DNA of 45,405 nucleotides, taken from Cyanophora paradoxa CCMP329. Its lineage: Eukaryota; Plantae; Glaucophyta. Under the pieces are notes generated by a model. That model did not search any database and was not told the origin of the DNA. It saw nothing but the letters and a program-made list of their open reading frames with translations. A program made the position numbers and the translations under genes. The stretch's first letter is position 1; every line of letters starts with the position of its first letter. The stretch lies in NCBI GenBank assembly GCA_004431415.1, contig QPMI01000350.1, positions 1 to 45,405 on the forward strand, given 5' to 3'. Below, piece by piece: positions 20,636-33,126 of this stretch.

Positions 20636-22178
20636 CTAGCTGATGAAGACCTTCCTGACCTGCTCGATGCGGAAGGGGGCGCCGGTGCGGGGGCAGGTGA
20701 CGACGCCGTCCGAGGCGGCGGCCATCTCCTCGACGGCGACGCGGGAGTAGACGTGGCCGTTGGGCAGCACCACGGGCGGGTTGTGCTCGTCCATCACCTC
20801 CCCCGTGATCCGGCACACCAGGCTCGAGTGGATGTGGTGCGAGAAGGGCAGCCTGCGCCCCGCTCAGGCCGGCGCGGGGAGAAGTGCAATCGCGCGACGG
20901 CGACGGGGCGCACTTCTCGGCGAGGCGGTTCATCGGGTCCTGGCAGACCGGGCAGTTCCCGTTCTTGTTCTCCTCCTGGTAGCACATCCTGCGCGCCGCG
21001 TCGGGGGCTGCGCGCGCTGGGGCCGGGGGCGCCCGGGCGGGGCGGGGCGGGGCGGACGGGGTCTTGAGGGAGGAGAGGCCGGCCTGGAGGGTGATGGAGA
21101 GGAGGGAGTCGGTGGGGAGGCTGTGCAGCTGGTACATGTCCCGCTTGAACTCCCCCACCAGCTCCCCCCACCGCCCCTCCTCGAACAGGAACTGCGCCCC
21201 CGCCCGCCTCAGGCGCGCCCTCGCCCCGCGCCCGCCGCCGCTCGCTCGCTCGCTCGCGGGGTACGGGAGGGCGCACCGCGTACTGGGAGTTGTGCGGGTC
21301 GCGCAGAAATGCGAGGGCGGCCATCGCCTGCTGGATCTCCTTCATGTACGTCCCCGCTGAGGGCGCGAGGTGCTTCCGCGAGTACGCGATCGCATCCATC
21401 AGCCTCCCCGCCCGCAGCAGCTCCACGTACTCCTGCAGCCTTAACCTGAACTCCAGGTTGCTCTGCCGCGCGCGTGAGCGCGCCGCCGCGGCGCCCTGGG
21501 ACGCCCCAGGCGCCGGACCTTGATGCGCTTCAGCTTCGCCTTGTTCTCAGAGCACCAGGCCAGCGCCGCATCGCACTCGTGCCTCTTCAGCGATTCTATG
21601 ACTTTCTTCGAGGCGAGAAAGATCTCGACGTCGACCAGTTCCTGCGCCGCGCTCAGGCAGGGCGGCGGTCATCGGAGGGAGCCGCGGGCGCACGGCGATG
21701 CCGCCCTCCTTGGCGAGCAGCTGCGCCGACGTGTAGAAGCCCTCGCGCAGCATGTGGTCTACGAGGATGCGATCCAGACGCGTAACGTTCAGGCGGGCAG
21801 CGGCGTCCCCGCCCGTCTTCGCCGCGGCCTCGAGCTGTCTCAAGTGCTCGACGCGCGTTCTGCACTTTTGCATGCAACCATCGCCTTGTTTCCTATTATC
21901 CTCGAGCTGGATGGCAGCGGCAGCGCCGTCAGCAGGCGCGCGGAGATCCTGCGATCCTGTACGGCGGGCGGGCGGACCTTGCGCTTCAAGCCGTGCAGGC
22001 GGTGGACGAGGCCGTCGAGCGACGCGCGGGCCTCCTCCGGTGTCACTGGCTTGTGCCCGAGGTCGTTGACGACCGTGAGGACGTGGTTGAGCTCCTTGTC
22101 GAGGGCCTTCTCGCCCGCCTTGATTGCCTTCAGCGCAGCCTCGTGCGGCACTTTGACGAGCGCGTGCTCGATCTCCAT
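20636..22178 (-). CDS. MAEA: Macrophage erythroblast attacher / GID9 (CTLH E3 ligase subunit)
   Basis: EHALVKVPHE, LisH RLDRILVDHMLREGF, CTLH ALAWCSENKAKLKRIK|SNLEFRLRLQEYVEL, LQAGLSSLKTP|MC..CPVC, LPFSHHIHSSLVCRITGEVMDEHNPPVVLPNGHVYS..CPRT..KVFIS. Confidence 0.96.
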
Positions 22179-22432
22179 CGAGGCGCGGCGCGCCGCAGAT
22201 CGATATCGATGGCCGCTACCACTGCAGCAGCGAAGGGATACAGGGACCACTTCGTTCGCAGTCGTTGGCCCACAGCCGCAGCTGTTGTCACAGTGTGAAT
22301 CATCAGATACATGTACAGGACGCGTTGTGAATCATCGGATACAGCTGGCGGGGGTCCCAAGGGGAGGGGCCGGCACTAGGCACTAGGTATTGTATGATTT
22401 CGATGAAGCCAGGAGCTGTGCAGCTGGCGGCG

Positions 22433-24122
22433 TCACCACTCGGCAGGCTCGGCCCTCTTGTCCTCGAGGTGGCCGAAGTCCTGCACGTAGGCCGTGCTCT
22501 GCACGGGCTCTTCCTCCTGTGGCGGCGCCCCCTCCTCCTCCTCGGGGACCGGCGACGGGTGCCCCTCGCGCTCGCGCTCCTGGCCCGCTTGCGCCCCCGC
22601 CCCGCCGCCGAACTGCGCCACCGCCGCCGCCCACTCCTCGCTCCCCGACGCCCCGAACGGGCCCGGTCGCCGGTTCGTCGGCGACGGTGCCGCGGGCGAG
22701 GCGCTCGCCATCGGCCCGTGCGGCGCCGGCGAACCAGCGGCCGAGCCGCGCGGTGCAGGGGAGGCCGCTGCCGAGCCGCGCGGCGCGGGCGAGGGCGCCG
22801 CGGACCCCTGGCCGCCGAAGGCGCGGCTGCCGGAGCCGTGGCTGCCGCGGCGCGCCGGGGTCTCGGCCGCGTGGGCGGGGTCGGGGTCGGGCTGGGAGGG
22901 GAGCGGGGCGTCGAGGTGCTCGGGGTGGGCGTGCATCGCCTCGAAGGAGGCGGCGGCGGCGTCGCGCTCTGGCGGCGGCATGTGCGCGTGCATCGCCTGC
23001 GTGGCGCGCGAGGTCAGGGCGCTCGGGCGGGGGCGACGGGCCGGGCCGGGGCCGCCGGGGGGACCTCGAAGCTGGAGGAGGCGGCGTCGGGGCGCGGGGC
23101 GCGGGGCGGGGCCGCCGGCTCGTGCGCGGGCCCGTGCTCGTGCGCCTCCTCCGGCGGCGCGTGCGCGTGCATCTCCTCGAAGCCCATCGCCTGCCCCCGC
23201 CCCGGGTGCGAGCGGCTGAGGTCCGCCGCGCCTGCCGGCCCCACGCGCCCGGCCGGCCCCGCCTGCGGCTCCGAGTGGGAGCGGTGCTGCGGCGGCTCCT
23301 CGTCGCCCTCCTCGCCCTCCGGGATCCCCTCGCCGTACTCCGGCTCGTCCTCCGGCGTCTTCGGCGAGATCTGGAAGTACTGCGGCCGCAGCGGCGGCAG
23401 GTTCCGCGGCGACCTGCTCGCGCCCTGAGCGGCCGGCGGGGCGGGCGGGCGGCGGCAGCAGCAGCGCGCGGGCGCGCCTCTCAGCGACGAAGTTGGGGTC
23501 GGGGCGGAAGTTGCTCGCGTTCTTTCTGTGCTTCTTGGCCTCTTTGAACTCATATTTCATGACCACGTTGGAGTACGTCGGCTTGGCTGCGGCGCGGGGC
23601 GCGAGGGTCGGCGAGGGGCGCGCGCGCGAGGCGAGGCGAGGTCCCGAGCTCGAGGCGCAGCGAACCCTCCACGATGCGCCGGAGCATGGACGCGTTCTCC
23701 ACCTGGATCTGCCGCATCCACTTCTTCCGCCCCGACTCGTGCACGCCTGCAGCAGCAAGGTCTCCAGCTGACAGACGAGCGATGGAAGGTGCTGGAGGGC
23801 CGGAGCGATGCGGACCTGGCCTCCTTTGAGGGGGCGCGGGCGGGGGGACTCGGATCGGCTTCGTGGCGATGTCCTGGCGCGGAGAGGTCAGCCGGGGCGC
23901 TCGGAAGACAGCTCGGAGCTCATATAGGGCGCTCGCAGTGCCTCGCACATAGAGGCGGTCCACCAGGTACTGGTTGGATCGGCGAATCTCCAGCTCTCGA
24001 ATCTGCTTGAAGTACTCTTGTTTGCCGCGCCGCCGCGGCTGCTCCGAAACCGGCGGCGCGTGGCTTAGCTGCGGGTCGTGCGAGCGACGCAGCTGCCGCC
24101 AGTCATCGATCGCTGGCAGCAT
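22433..24122 (-). CDS. CFAP97/KIAA1430 (hemingway-like) domain ciliary protein with long low-complexity C-terminus
   Basis: RELEIRRSNQYLVDRLY|DI and RKKWMRQIQVENASMLRRIVE|AKPTYS match the two-helix E-N-x-x-L pattern of the family; the C-terminal exons are less certain. Confidence 0.7.
22690..22810 (-). repeat. Coding 30-nt repeat (SPAPRGSAAA-like, 3-4 copies)
   Basis: gccgagccgcgcgg(t/c)gc recurs at 30-nt spacing; translation PSPAPRGSAAASPAPRGSAAGSPAPHG. Confidence 0.7.
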
Positions 24123-24395
24123 GCTCGAGCTCTTAATAGGCTGACAACCCGCCTGTCAGCCGTTAGCCTCGTGACTGCAAGCTAGATTCCAAGGGTTCAA
24201 TCACAATCGATTTCGAGCGACAGCTCTTGCCCCCGCGCGCGCCCGACGGGAGCTGCACACTGCGCTCGCACGGTACCCCCCTCTTCTTCACCGCCGAATC
24301 ACCGGGTTCACCCGTCAGTTCACCGAGGCTTCACGTCGAGTTCCCGACGTTGCGAAAATGCGCCGGCGAGCAAAATCGATTAACGTGTAGGCGCG

Positions 24396-26029
24396 CTACC
24401 TGACGGCGGTGCACACGCGCGACACGGCCCCCCGCCACGCGCCCCAGAGCGCCTGAAGAAAGGACTGCCGCCCCGCTTCCGCCTCCTGCGGGTCGGGTAC
24501 CTTTCGCATGTTCACCTCCGCCTCCGCCTCCGCCTCCGCCGGCGCCGGCGGCGTGCAGGGTTCGGCCGCCCCAGCTGCAGATGGGCCGGCGGCCGGCGGC
24601 GTCGGACGGTCCAGGGCGTGCTCAAAGGGGTCGGGCGTGCTCAGCACGAGCTCCCGCTTCGCCATGGGGACCGTCACTGCCCGCAGCGGGGCGCGTTGGG
24701 CGGGATGAGAGCACGGGGAGGGTCCGCCAGCGCTCACGCTGCCACGCGTGGAGGAACATGCGCTCCGTCGTCCGGTCGTCCGTGTACGTCGCGTCGCCAA
24801 CGATCTGCCCACGCCCCCCCCACTCAGCGAGGCAGGTTGAAACAGCAGGCTTGCGAACCGGGTGCCCAATGTGCAGCATGTGCACCCGCAGCTGGTGCCT
24901 CCGCCCTGAGGAGAGCGTCAGCGCCGCTGCGAGGGGTGGTGCGGAGGGCGGGGCGCGCCGGTGTGAGGCTCGAGCAGGACGCGCGTGGCGGGGGCGCCGC
25001 GGAAGGTGCCCCTCTCCAGCACCGTCAGCGCCGTCTCCGCAGACTGCGGCCGATCTTGGGCCCTAGGGGCGGCGCGGGGCGAGAGGGGCGCGGGGCGAGA
25101 GGGGCGCGGGGCGAGAGGGGCGCGGGGGGGCACCTTCCCCGGGACCTCGGCGGTGCCGACGATCATTCGGAACTGGTCCTTGTCGTTCGGGTTGTCCGCG
25201 ATCGGGGCGCTGCCCGCCCGGCGGCGCGTGAGGCATCTTCGCAGACAACGGCGCGCGCGGTGGCCGCACTTGATGACCATCGTGTCCTCCTCCACGTGGC
25301 CCCGCAGGACGGCTGCGACGCCCGTCAGCTGCAGTCCGAGGGGAGGGCGGCGCAGGGCGTGCAGCAGCACTTGGCGCACCGAGGTACTTCTTCTTGGTCC
25401 GGCGCCTCTCGAAGGCCTGCTGCGCCTCGCCGGCGGCCTTGCGAGAGCGGCCGAAGAGGAGGATGCCCGAGGTTGCGTAGTCCAGCTGGTGGCACAGCCT
25501 CACCTGCTTGATGTCCACGTCCGGCAGCTGCCGCTGCTCCCCCGCGCGCACCGCGATCAGGCAGGCGCGGGGCGCGTGCGGCGCGGTCGCACCTTGATGA
25601 GCGTGTACATGTCCGGGTACTCGCCTGTGCCACACAGACGTTACTGGCGCTAATAGGCTAATTAATGTAACTTAATAGCGTTACTCGCCATCTATTCGAA
25701 CGTCCGCGGGCTTGTTCGTGACCTGCAGCGATGCGAGCTCGAGTGCGTCAGATCCGACGCTCCACCAGGGGCGCGCACGCGCGCGGCCTGACCAGATAGT
25801 CGTCATCTAACAGAACAATTCCAAATACGGGGTTCTGCGGCGGCTTGCGACCCGGGCGATATTTGGGCGCTTGATCGCTCGCCTCCGGAGCGCCTCCCCG
25901 CTGCTGGTCTCCGCTAAGCTCAGCAGTACCGTCCCGCGGAGGCCGATCGCTGGGCTCCGCATCGCTGCCCCGAGGCGTATGCGGCCGCTCGCTCGCCCCA
26001 GCGCCCTGAAGCGGCTGGTCGCTCGGCAT
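24396..26029 (-). CDS. RPUSD1: RluA-family RNA pseudouridine synthase, RPUSD1-type
   Basis: DDDYL|VTNKPADVRID, catalytic RLCHQLDYATSG (HQLD variant of the RPUSD1 subfamily), KKYL|AVLRGH, HQLRVHMLHIGHP|IVGDATY..RMFLHAW. Confidence 0.88.
25073..25127 (+). repeat. Intronic minisatellite, 3+ copies of 16 nt (cgcggggcgagagggg)
   Basis: Perfect tandem copies inside an RPUSD1 intron. Confidence 0.9.
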
Positions 26030-26163
26030 GGTTGGCGTGTAATTGCTCCGCCCAGCTAATGCGCGCTCCGCTCCCGCAGCTGCTCGGCGTTGACTGCGCG
26101 CTCGCAGCTGCACAACAGTTTGAAAAAAAGTCACAGGGGTAGAGCTCATCCCGCCGCGCCTCG
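26030..26163. promoter_or_regulatory. Probable bidirectional promoter, RPUSD1 / FGGY
   Basis: Only 134 bp between divergent ATGs, containing an A7 tract. Confidence 0.5.
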
Positions 26164-28779
26164 ATGGCGGCCGACGAGTTTGTTATCGGCGTTGACGTGG
26201 GAACTACGTCAGCTCGGGCGGGCCTCTTCACCAGCGCCGGCCGGCTCCTCGCCTCCCACGTCGAGCCAATCAAGGCGCGTGCCCCCGGCCCGGCGGCGTC
26301 CGATCGCTCCCCTCCGTCTAGCATAAGGTCGAGAAAGATCGGCCGATCGTTCAATCGTGCCTCGCGCACCCGCGCGCACGCCCCCGCTAACTGCGGCCGT
26401 ACGCGTGGGCCGCGCGAACCGCGCGCTTAGCTAACGATTGTGGACGCGCCGCGCGCAGATATTCCGCACGGAAGGTCACCCCGACAACTATGAGCAGTCG
26501 AGCGTGCGCTCCGCCGGCTCTCCCGCCGCGCCGCTGGACCGGGCCGCCGCGCGCGCCGCCGGACAAGTCTGACCCGCCGCGCGCTCCGCAGGAGGACATC
26601 TGGGCGCAAATCTGCGCGTGCGTGCGCGCGGTGGTTCGGGACGCCGGCGTGGCGCCGGAGCAAGTGCGCCCGGAACAAAGCTAGATCTATATCTTCGACC
26701 TCCCGCCCGGGCCGATAAGCTCTGACCCCTTTGCGCGTGTACAGATCAAGGGTCTAGGCTTCGACGCCACATGCAGCCTGGTGGCGCTGGACTCGGGCGA
26801 CGGGCCCGTGAGCCTGAGCCTCTGCGGGGACCCGCAGCGCAACGTGATCCTCTGGATGGACCACCGCGCCACCGCGCAGTCGGAGCGCATCAACGCCGGC
26901 GGGCACGCCGTCCTCAAGTACGTCGGGGGCGCCCTGAGCCCCGAGATGGAGACGCCCAAGATGTGCTGGGTGAAGGAGAACCTGCCCCAGCAGTGGGCGC
27001 GGGTCGACAAGTGGTGCGCCGGCCCGCCCCCGCCCCCGCCCTCCGCGCGGGGCCGGGGGGCGAGGGCCTGGCAGGATGGACCTGGCGGACTTCTGCAGCT
27101 ACAAGGCGACGGCGTCTGAGGCGCGCTCCCTCTGCACCACCGTCTGCAAATGTCCGCCCCGGGCCCGAACCTCCCCCCGCCCCCTCACAGCTCTCCCCGC
27201 CCTGCTCCAGGGACCTACCAGGGCCACGAGGAGGAGGGCTGGTGCCGCCCCGCCCTCGCCCCGCCGGGTCGGCGGGGGCCTGGGGCCGACGCCGGGCGGG
27301 CAGGGACGGGGGTTACTTCGAGGCGATTGGGCTGGGGGACCTCGCGCGGGACGGCTTCCGCAGGATCGGGAAGGTCGTGCGGCCGCTGGGCGAGCCCCTC
27401 GGCGCCGGCCTCAGCGCCGCCGCCGCCGCCGACCTCGGCCTGCCCCCCGGCGTCGCCGTCGCCGTCGGGTGCGCCCGCCCGCCCGCCCGGGCGGGGCGGG
27501 AGGGTGCGAGGGGGACGGGGCGGCAGGGCGATCGACGCGCACGTCGGGGGCATCGGGGTGATCGGGGCGCCCCTCGAGGGGCGCGCCCCCACCCAGGAGG
27601 AGCTCGAGACCCGCCTCGTCCTCGTGCGCCCCGCCCCGCACCGCCCCGCGCCGCACCGCCCCTCCGACGGGCGGGGCGGGGCAGGTGTGCGGGACCTCGT
27701 CGTGCCACATGGCGGTCTCGCGGGCGCCGAAGTACGTGCCGCGCATCTGGGGGCCCTACTTCAGCGCGATGGTGCCGGGGATGTGGCTCACGGAGGGAGG
27801 CCAGTCGGCGACGGGCGGCCTCATCGACCACGTCCTCGAGTCCCACGCCGCCTCCCGCGAGCTCAGGGAGGCCGCCGCCGCCCGCTCCACGTGTCCCCGG
27901 CCCCGGCCCCGCCCCTCGCCCCCCGACCCCGCCCCCCGCCCACTCCCCCGGGCAGGAGCGTGTACGCGGTGCTGGAGGGGCGTCTGGAGGCGCTGGCGGC
28001 GCGGGAGGCGCGGTGCGGGGGCAGCGTGCACCTGCTCACCCGCGAGCTGCACGTCTTCCCCGACTTCCACGGGAACCGCTCGCCGCGGGCGGACGCGAGC
28101 CTGAAGGGGATGCTCTCGGGGCTCACCCTGGGGCGCTCCCTGGACGACCTCGGTGAGGCGCCCCGCGTGAGCCTCGGCGCCCGCGCGCAGCGCAGCTCAC
28201 CCCGCGTGCTGCGGCCCCGCAGCGCTCCTCTACCTCGCCACCCTGCAGGCCTGCGCCCTCGAGACGAGGCACATCCTCGACGCCATGAACGCCGCCGGCC
28301 ACCGCCTCTCCCAGGTCCCCCCGCCCCCTCCCCCAGCCTGCGCCCCCGGAAGGCGGCCGCCGAGCGGGCGGGGCAGGTGTTCATGTGCGGGGGCCTCACG
28401 AAGTCGCCCCTGTTCGTCGCGGCGCACGCGAACGCGGCGCGCTGCCGCGTGGTGCTGCCGCGCGAGGCCGACGCGGTGCTCCTGGGCGGGGCGATGCTCG
28501 GGGCGAGCGCCGCGGGGCTGCACGGTCCCGGGGGCCTCCTCGCGAGCATGGGCGCCATGGGCGGGGCGGGGGCCGTCGTCGAGCCCGACCCCTCCCCAGC
28601 CCTCCGCGCCTTCTACGAGGTCCGCCCCCGCCCCGCCCCGCCACGCCCCGCTCCACGCCCCCGGGCCCCTCTTTAAGGTCCGCCCTCTGCGCGTGCGCAT
28701 GCAGGCCAAGTACAAGGTGTACGAGGCGATGTACGAGCACCAGATGGAGTACCGCAGGATCATGAGCGCCGCGCCGTGA
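26164..28779 (+). CDS. FGGY: FGGY carbohydrate kinase (D-ribulokinase/YDR109C type)
   Basis: [19 protein letters not shown]|[84 protein letters not shown]. Confidence 0.96.
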
Positions 28780-29047
28780 CCCCGTCCCGCCCCGCCCCGC
28801 CACCAGCCCTTTCCGAAGTTCAACGCCCAACCCCGACTCCCCCCTCCGGATCCCTCTGCTTTCCTGTCCTAAATGCGGTCTGTCTTATTTGAATAACATG
28901 AACATCCTACAATGACTGGATGCGTGGAAGGCCTCAATACTCTCGAGCCTTCGAGCTTGAAAGGGCGCAAAAAGACCTAGACGGAATACAGAGATACGTA
29001 TGCGGAACGGGGCCGGGGCCGGCGGGGCGCGGGCGGGGCGGCGGCGC

Positions 29048-30826
29048 CTACTCCTCCTCCTCCTCGAAGAGAGAGGGGTCCTCCTGCTCGAGCTGCTTGA
29101 GGCGGTCGCGCACGGCCTTCTTCGCCGTCTCGTCCTCGTCCACCATCATCTCCTCGATCTTGTCCTCGATCAGCTGCTGCAGCGACTTGCGCTTCTCGTT
29201 CTTGATGCGCTCGTCGGGCACCTCGGCCCACGCGAACTTGCCGCCGGCGGGGCGCACGGCTGCCGTGCCGGCGTCCATGCCGCGGTGCGACTCCCAGGCC
29301 TGGAGGGCCATGTGCGAGAGCGCCGAGCGCGCCTCGAGGGGCTCCGCCACCGAGCGGCCGTGCGGCATGTCGAACGGGATGCGCACTTCCGTGACGCCCT
29401 CCTGCTGCACGATGCGCACGTCGAAGCCGAGGCGGTCGATGCTCTTCATGCGGACCGCGTCCTCCGCGCCCAGGCTGATCTCCGCGTAGGTCTCCACCAT
29501 CGCCCGCAGGTCCTCCACCCGCGACTGCGCCGAACCGCCTCAGCAGCAGCAGCAGCGCGTGTGTTCTTCCGCCCCGCGCGGCGAACCTTGTTGAAGTCCT
29601 GGACGATGCGCGGGCCCTCCTCCATCATGCAGTCGGGCTCCGCCGTCACGTAGTCCGCGCTGTACACCCACTTGGCGGTCTAGGGGAGAACATCGTCAGT
29701 CGCTGCTCGAGAGCCGGGCGCGGAGAGGAGCGGTGCGGTGCGGCTCACCGAGCCGAAGCCGGCGACGAAGTAGACCTCCATGACCTCCATGCGGTAGAAC
29801 TTGAAGTTCTGCAGCGTTGCTGAGTAAGCAACAGATTCTCTCTCTTTGTAAGACAGCGCCGGCACCTGGAAGTTGACGACGTCGGCGTAGTGCTGGTGTT
29901 CCATGAGGAACTCAGAGCGCAGGCTCTCGACCTCCTCCGCCGGCACCTCGTGGCAGCTGAAAACGCGTTACAGATCTAAATGAAAGAGAAGGAAGCAAGC
30001 ACGGCGCACCGGCCCATGAGGGTGACGCGAGCATCAGCCTGGGCGCTGTACTTGTTGCCCTCGGGGTGAAGGAAGAGACTGCAGCGCGAGTCCTCCTTCA
30101 GGTTGGCCGTGTGCGTGGCGAAGTGGCTGAGGTAGAAGACCGGCCGCCCCTTCTCGTCGAGAATGTAGTCGACGTGCTGTACGTAATCGACGTTAGCGTG
30201 AGAAAAAAGAACTCAGCGCACGGCGTCCACGCACGGAGCCGAACGGCCACGCGCCGTGGCGAGCAGACGCAGAGCACAGGGTGCCGCGGTTGCAGATGGT
30301 TGCGAGGGTGCGGGCGCGCTCGCCCAGGCTGGGGCGGTGGTTCTCATCGTTCTGGAGAAGGTTGTCAATCTTGGTGAGCGGCGTCGAGCTGGTGGACGCA
30401 GCGTCGCTGCACATTAAGAGAGGGGCAGCACTCGTCAGCTGCCGCCGGGGCAGAGCGGGGCCGAGCGCGGGGAGTGACTCACGAGCCGTTCCCGTTCCCG
30501 TTCCCGTTAGAAGAGACAGCGGTGCTCTCATCGACTGAGGCAGCGCCAGTAGACTGAGCAGCGTTGCAGCGAATCAAGGACTCGTCCGCGAGCTGCCGCT
30601 GGCGACGCTCCGCGCGGACACCGGCCCCGGCGAACTGGCCGCGGAACCCGCGCGCCTCCGCCCAAGACCGGTCCTCCTGAATGATAAAATGACGACGCTG
30701 GCCGCCGGCCCGGTCCAACCGAACGCGGGCGACGACATCCACCGAACGAATCTGGGCAGACTGGGATATCGACTCCGGGGCCGTCCGGCGGGCGCCCACG
30801 GCAGCAACTCCAGCGATGTACGCCAT
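29048..30826 (-). CDS. HugZ/HOZ-GluTRBP-like split-barrel (PNPOx-like) + DUF2470-type protein, predicted plastid-targeted
   Basis: ERARTL..GTLCS..WPFGS|HVDYILDEKGRPVFYLSHFATHTANL..RCSL, ARVTLMG, FYRM..YFVAGFG|..WV..Y..AEPD, SIDRLGFDVR..EVRIPF; long S/A/R-rich presequence starting MAYIAG. Confidence 0.88.
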
Positions 30827-30987
30827 TACGGCTCCAGCAGCTATGCCGACGAGGAACAGGCGCGACGCTCACAATCAGAACTGCTCCGCTAAATCTCCCC
30901 GAACTGTACCCCCCTTGCCCCGGGGAGAAATCGCTGCTGCAATTTGATCGCGAGCAAATGCAGGTACATGTATACGTAGCGCTAGAG

Positions 30988-32823
30988 CTACAGTCGCGGG
31001 GCGAGGCCGGCGGCGTGGATGCGGGGCGCGGACGTGTAGGCATCGGGGCGGGCGTGTTCCATCACCGGCATGCTGGCCCGCAGCTGCCGCGCCCGCGCGC
31101 GCGAGCTCCCGGATCAGTGCCGGACGTCGAGCAGGGGCGCACGCAAGGAGGGCGGCGCCGGCGGGGCGCGCGTGCCTGGGCGAGGGCGTCGAAGTCGATG
31201 TCGGCGGTGGCGACGCCCTCGCCCTGAAGGTCGACCAGGACACGGCCCCACGGGTCCACCACCTGCACCGGCGCGCCTCAGGGTCCGACGTCGACGGCGC
31301 TCGGCCTGCGCCCGCGGGGCTTGGCGAACCATGGCATGGCCCCACGACTCCCGCGTTGCGCTGTGCCGCCCACCCTGCACCCCGATCGCGCGGGGCGCCC
31401 GGCCGTGAGCGCCCGAGGAGCTCGAGCGCATGAGGAGGAGTGCACCTGCGCGGCGGCGATCACGTACACCTGGTTCTCGATGGCGCGCGCCCGCAAGAGC
31501 GTCTGCGGCCCCGTGAGGCGGCGAAAGGCTGCCGCGGGGAGCCGGCGCGGGCCTCCCAGTGCGCCTCGCCCGTCTTGCGGGTGAACGCCTGCGCACCAGC
31601 CGGTCGGGGGCGGCACCGCATGGCCCCGCGCCGCGGGCCGGTGGGCCGGCCGCACCGAGGGGACGAGGACGACGTGGGCGCCGGCGCGGCGGAGGGCCTG
31701 CGGGGCGGCCCGGGCGTAGGCGTGGGCGGGCGCGGGCGGGGCCGGCGGGGCGGGGCGGGCGGGCACGGCGTAGAGGGCCGGGAAGCGGAGATCGTAGCAG
31801 ACGGATAGTCCGAGGCGGCCCGCCGGAGAGTCCGCCAGCACCAGCTGCCCCGCGGCCGCCGGGTCAGCCGGGCACCGCAGCGCCTGGGTGGTGCGGGGCG
31901 GGGCGGGCCTCGGAGCCGGGCGTGCGCTTCTTGCTCTCGAAGAGGTCGGTCAGGGGACAGTCAAAGAGGTGTATCTTTCGGTACGATGCTGCGCCCCGCT
32001 CGCCCCGCGGCGCGCGGCGGGCGGCGGGCGGCGGGCGGCGGGCGGCGGGGCGGGGCGGGGCGCGCCGACGACGGCGCCGGCGTCGTCCACAAGCACGTGC
32101 GCGTTGTACGGCCGCTGCAGGCGCCGCGTTGTACGTCAAATGCTCTCGCCGGCGGGCTGTCAGGCGGGGCTGCGGCACCGCGGGGTCCGGCGAAGTCTCC
32201 GGGAAGCCTGCGGGTGGGGCGGGGCAGGCCGCTCACGGGCGGCGCAGCCGGGGGCGTGGCGGGCCGGGGGCGGGCGGGCCTCCCAGGGAGAGCCAGAGGC
32301 GGTGCTGGGCCGCAAGGTCCCGGTACCTGCCCGCGGCTCTCGCGGCGGGGCGCGGCGGGGCGGGGCGGGGCGAAGGCGGACCGTCGGAGGAGCGGCCCGT
32401 CCAGAGCCTCCGAGAAGGCGGCGCGCGGGGGCGCTGAGGGGTCCGCCGCGCGGCCCTCCTCGTCGCCTGCGCGGGCTTCTGCTTCCCGGGGGACCGCTGG
32501 ACGCGTGCAGCGACCGGTTGCGCACCGCCCATCCTCGAGAAGTTCTGCGCGTGCACGGCAGCGGGGTCGCCGCGGGACGCAGAAAGAGGCGAAACAGGCG
32601 CGCACCTCGGGCAAGCACAGGAGCTGGGCGCCCTTCTCCTTCGCCTCCGCGCAGAAGCGCTTCACCACCTGCGCCCCCGCAACTCACGGCGTCTGCAGAG
32701 CGAGCGGAGCACCTCGTTGGATAGCACCTCATAGTTCTTGTCCATGTCCGGTGTACCACACAGCTGGGCCACCGCCACGCGGACCTTGGCCGCGGCCGGG
32801 GCGGGTGTAGAATTCGAAGCCAT
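30988..32823 (-). CDS. NIT1: Nitrilase-like deaminated glutathione amidase
   Basis: Catalytic triad motifs LLCLPE, YRKIHLFD, GLSVCYDLRFP; VPS|AFTRKTGEAHWE|TLLRARAIENQVYVIAAAQ, ESWGHAM|VVDPWG. Confidence 0.95.
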
Positions 32824-33126
32824 CCGGATCCGCGGCGATCGCGGCTGGGAGCAGTGCAAAGGTCCTCGCACTGGTCCGAATAGCGAATGCGCTCGTCCAA
32901 ATCCGGGCAGACGTCCCCGCACGGTCACTTCGATTCGGCGCGTCAGCTATATCACATCGACGGCGGCGCGCGGAGTCGAGCGCACCAATAAACGCAGCCA
33001 GGTCGGATCTCTCGAACGGGAACAGGAGCGGGGCTGGTCGCAGCCGACGCAGCGCTCTTGGGGGATACAGGTTTCCGAAGCTGAAGTCAAACGCGGAGCG
33101 GCCGCAGCCTCCTCCAGCCTCCAGCG

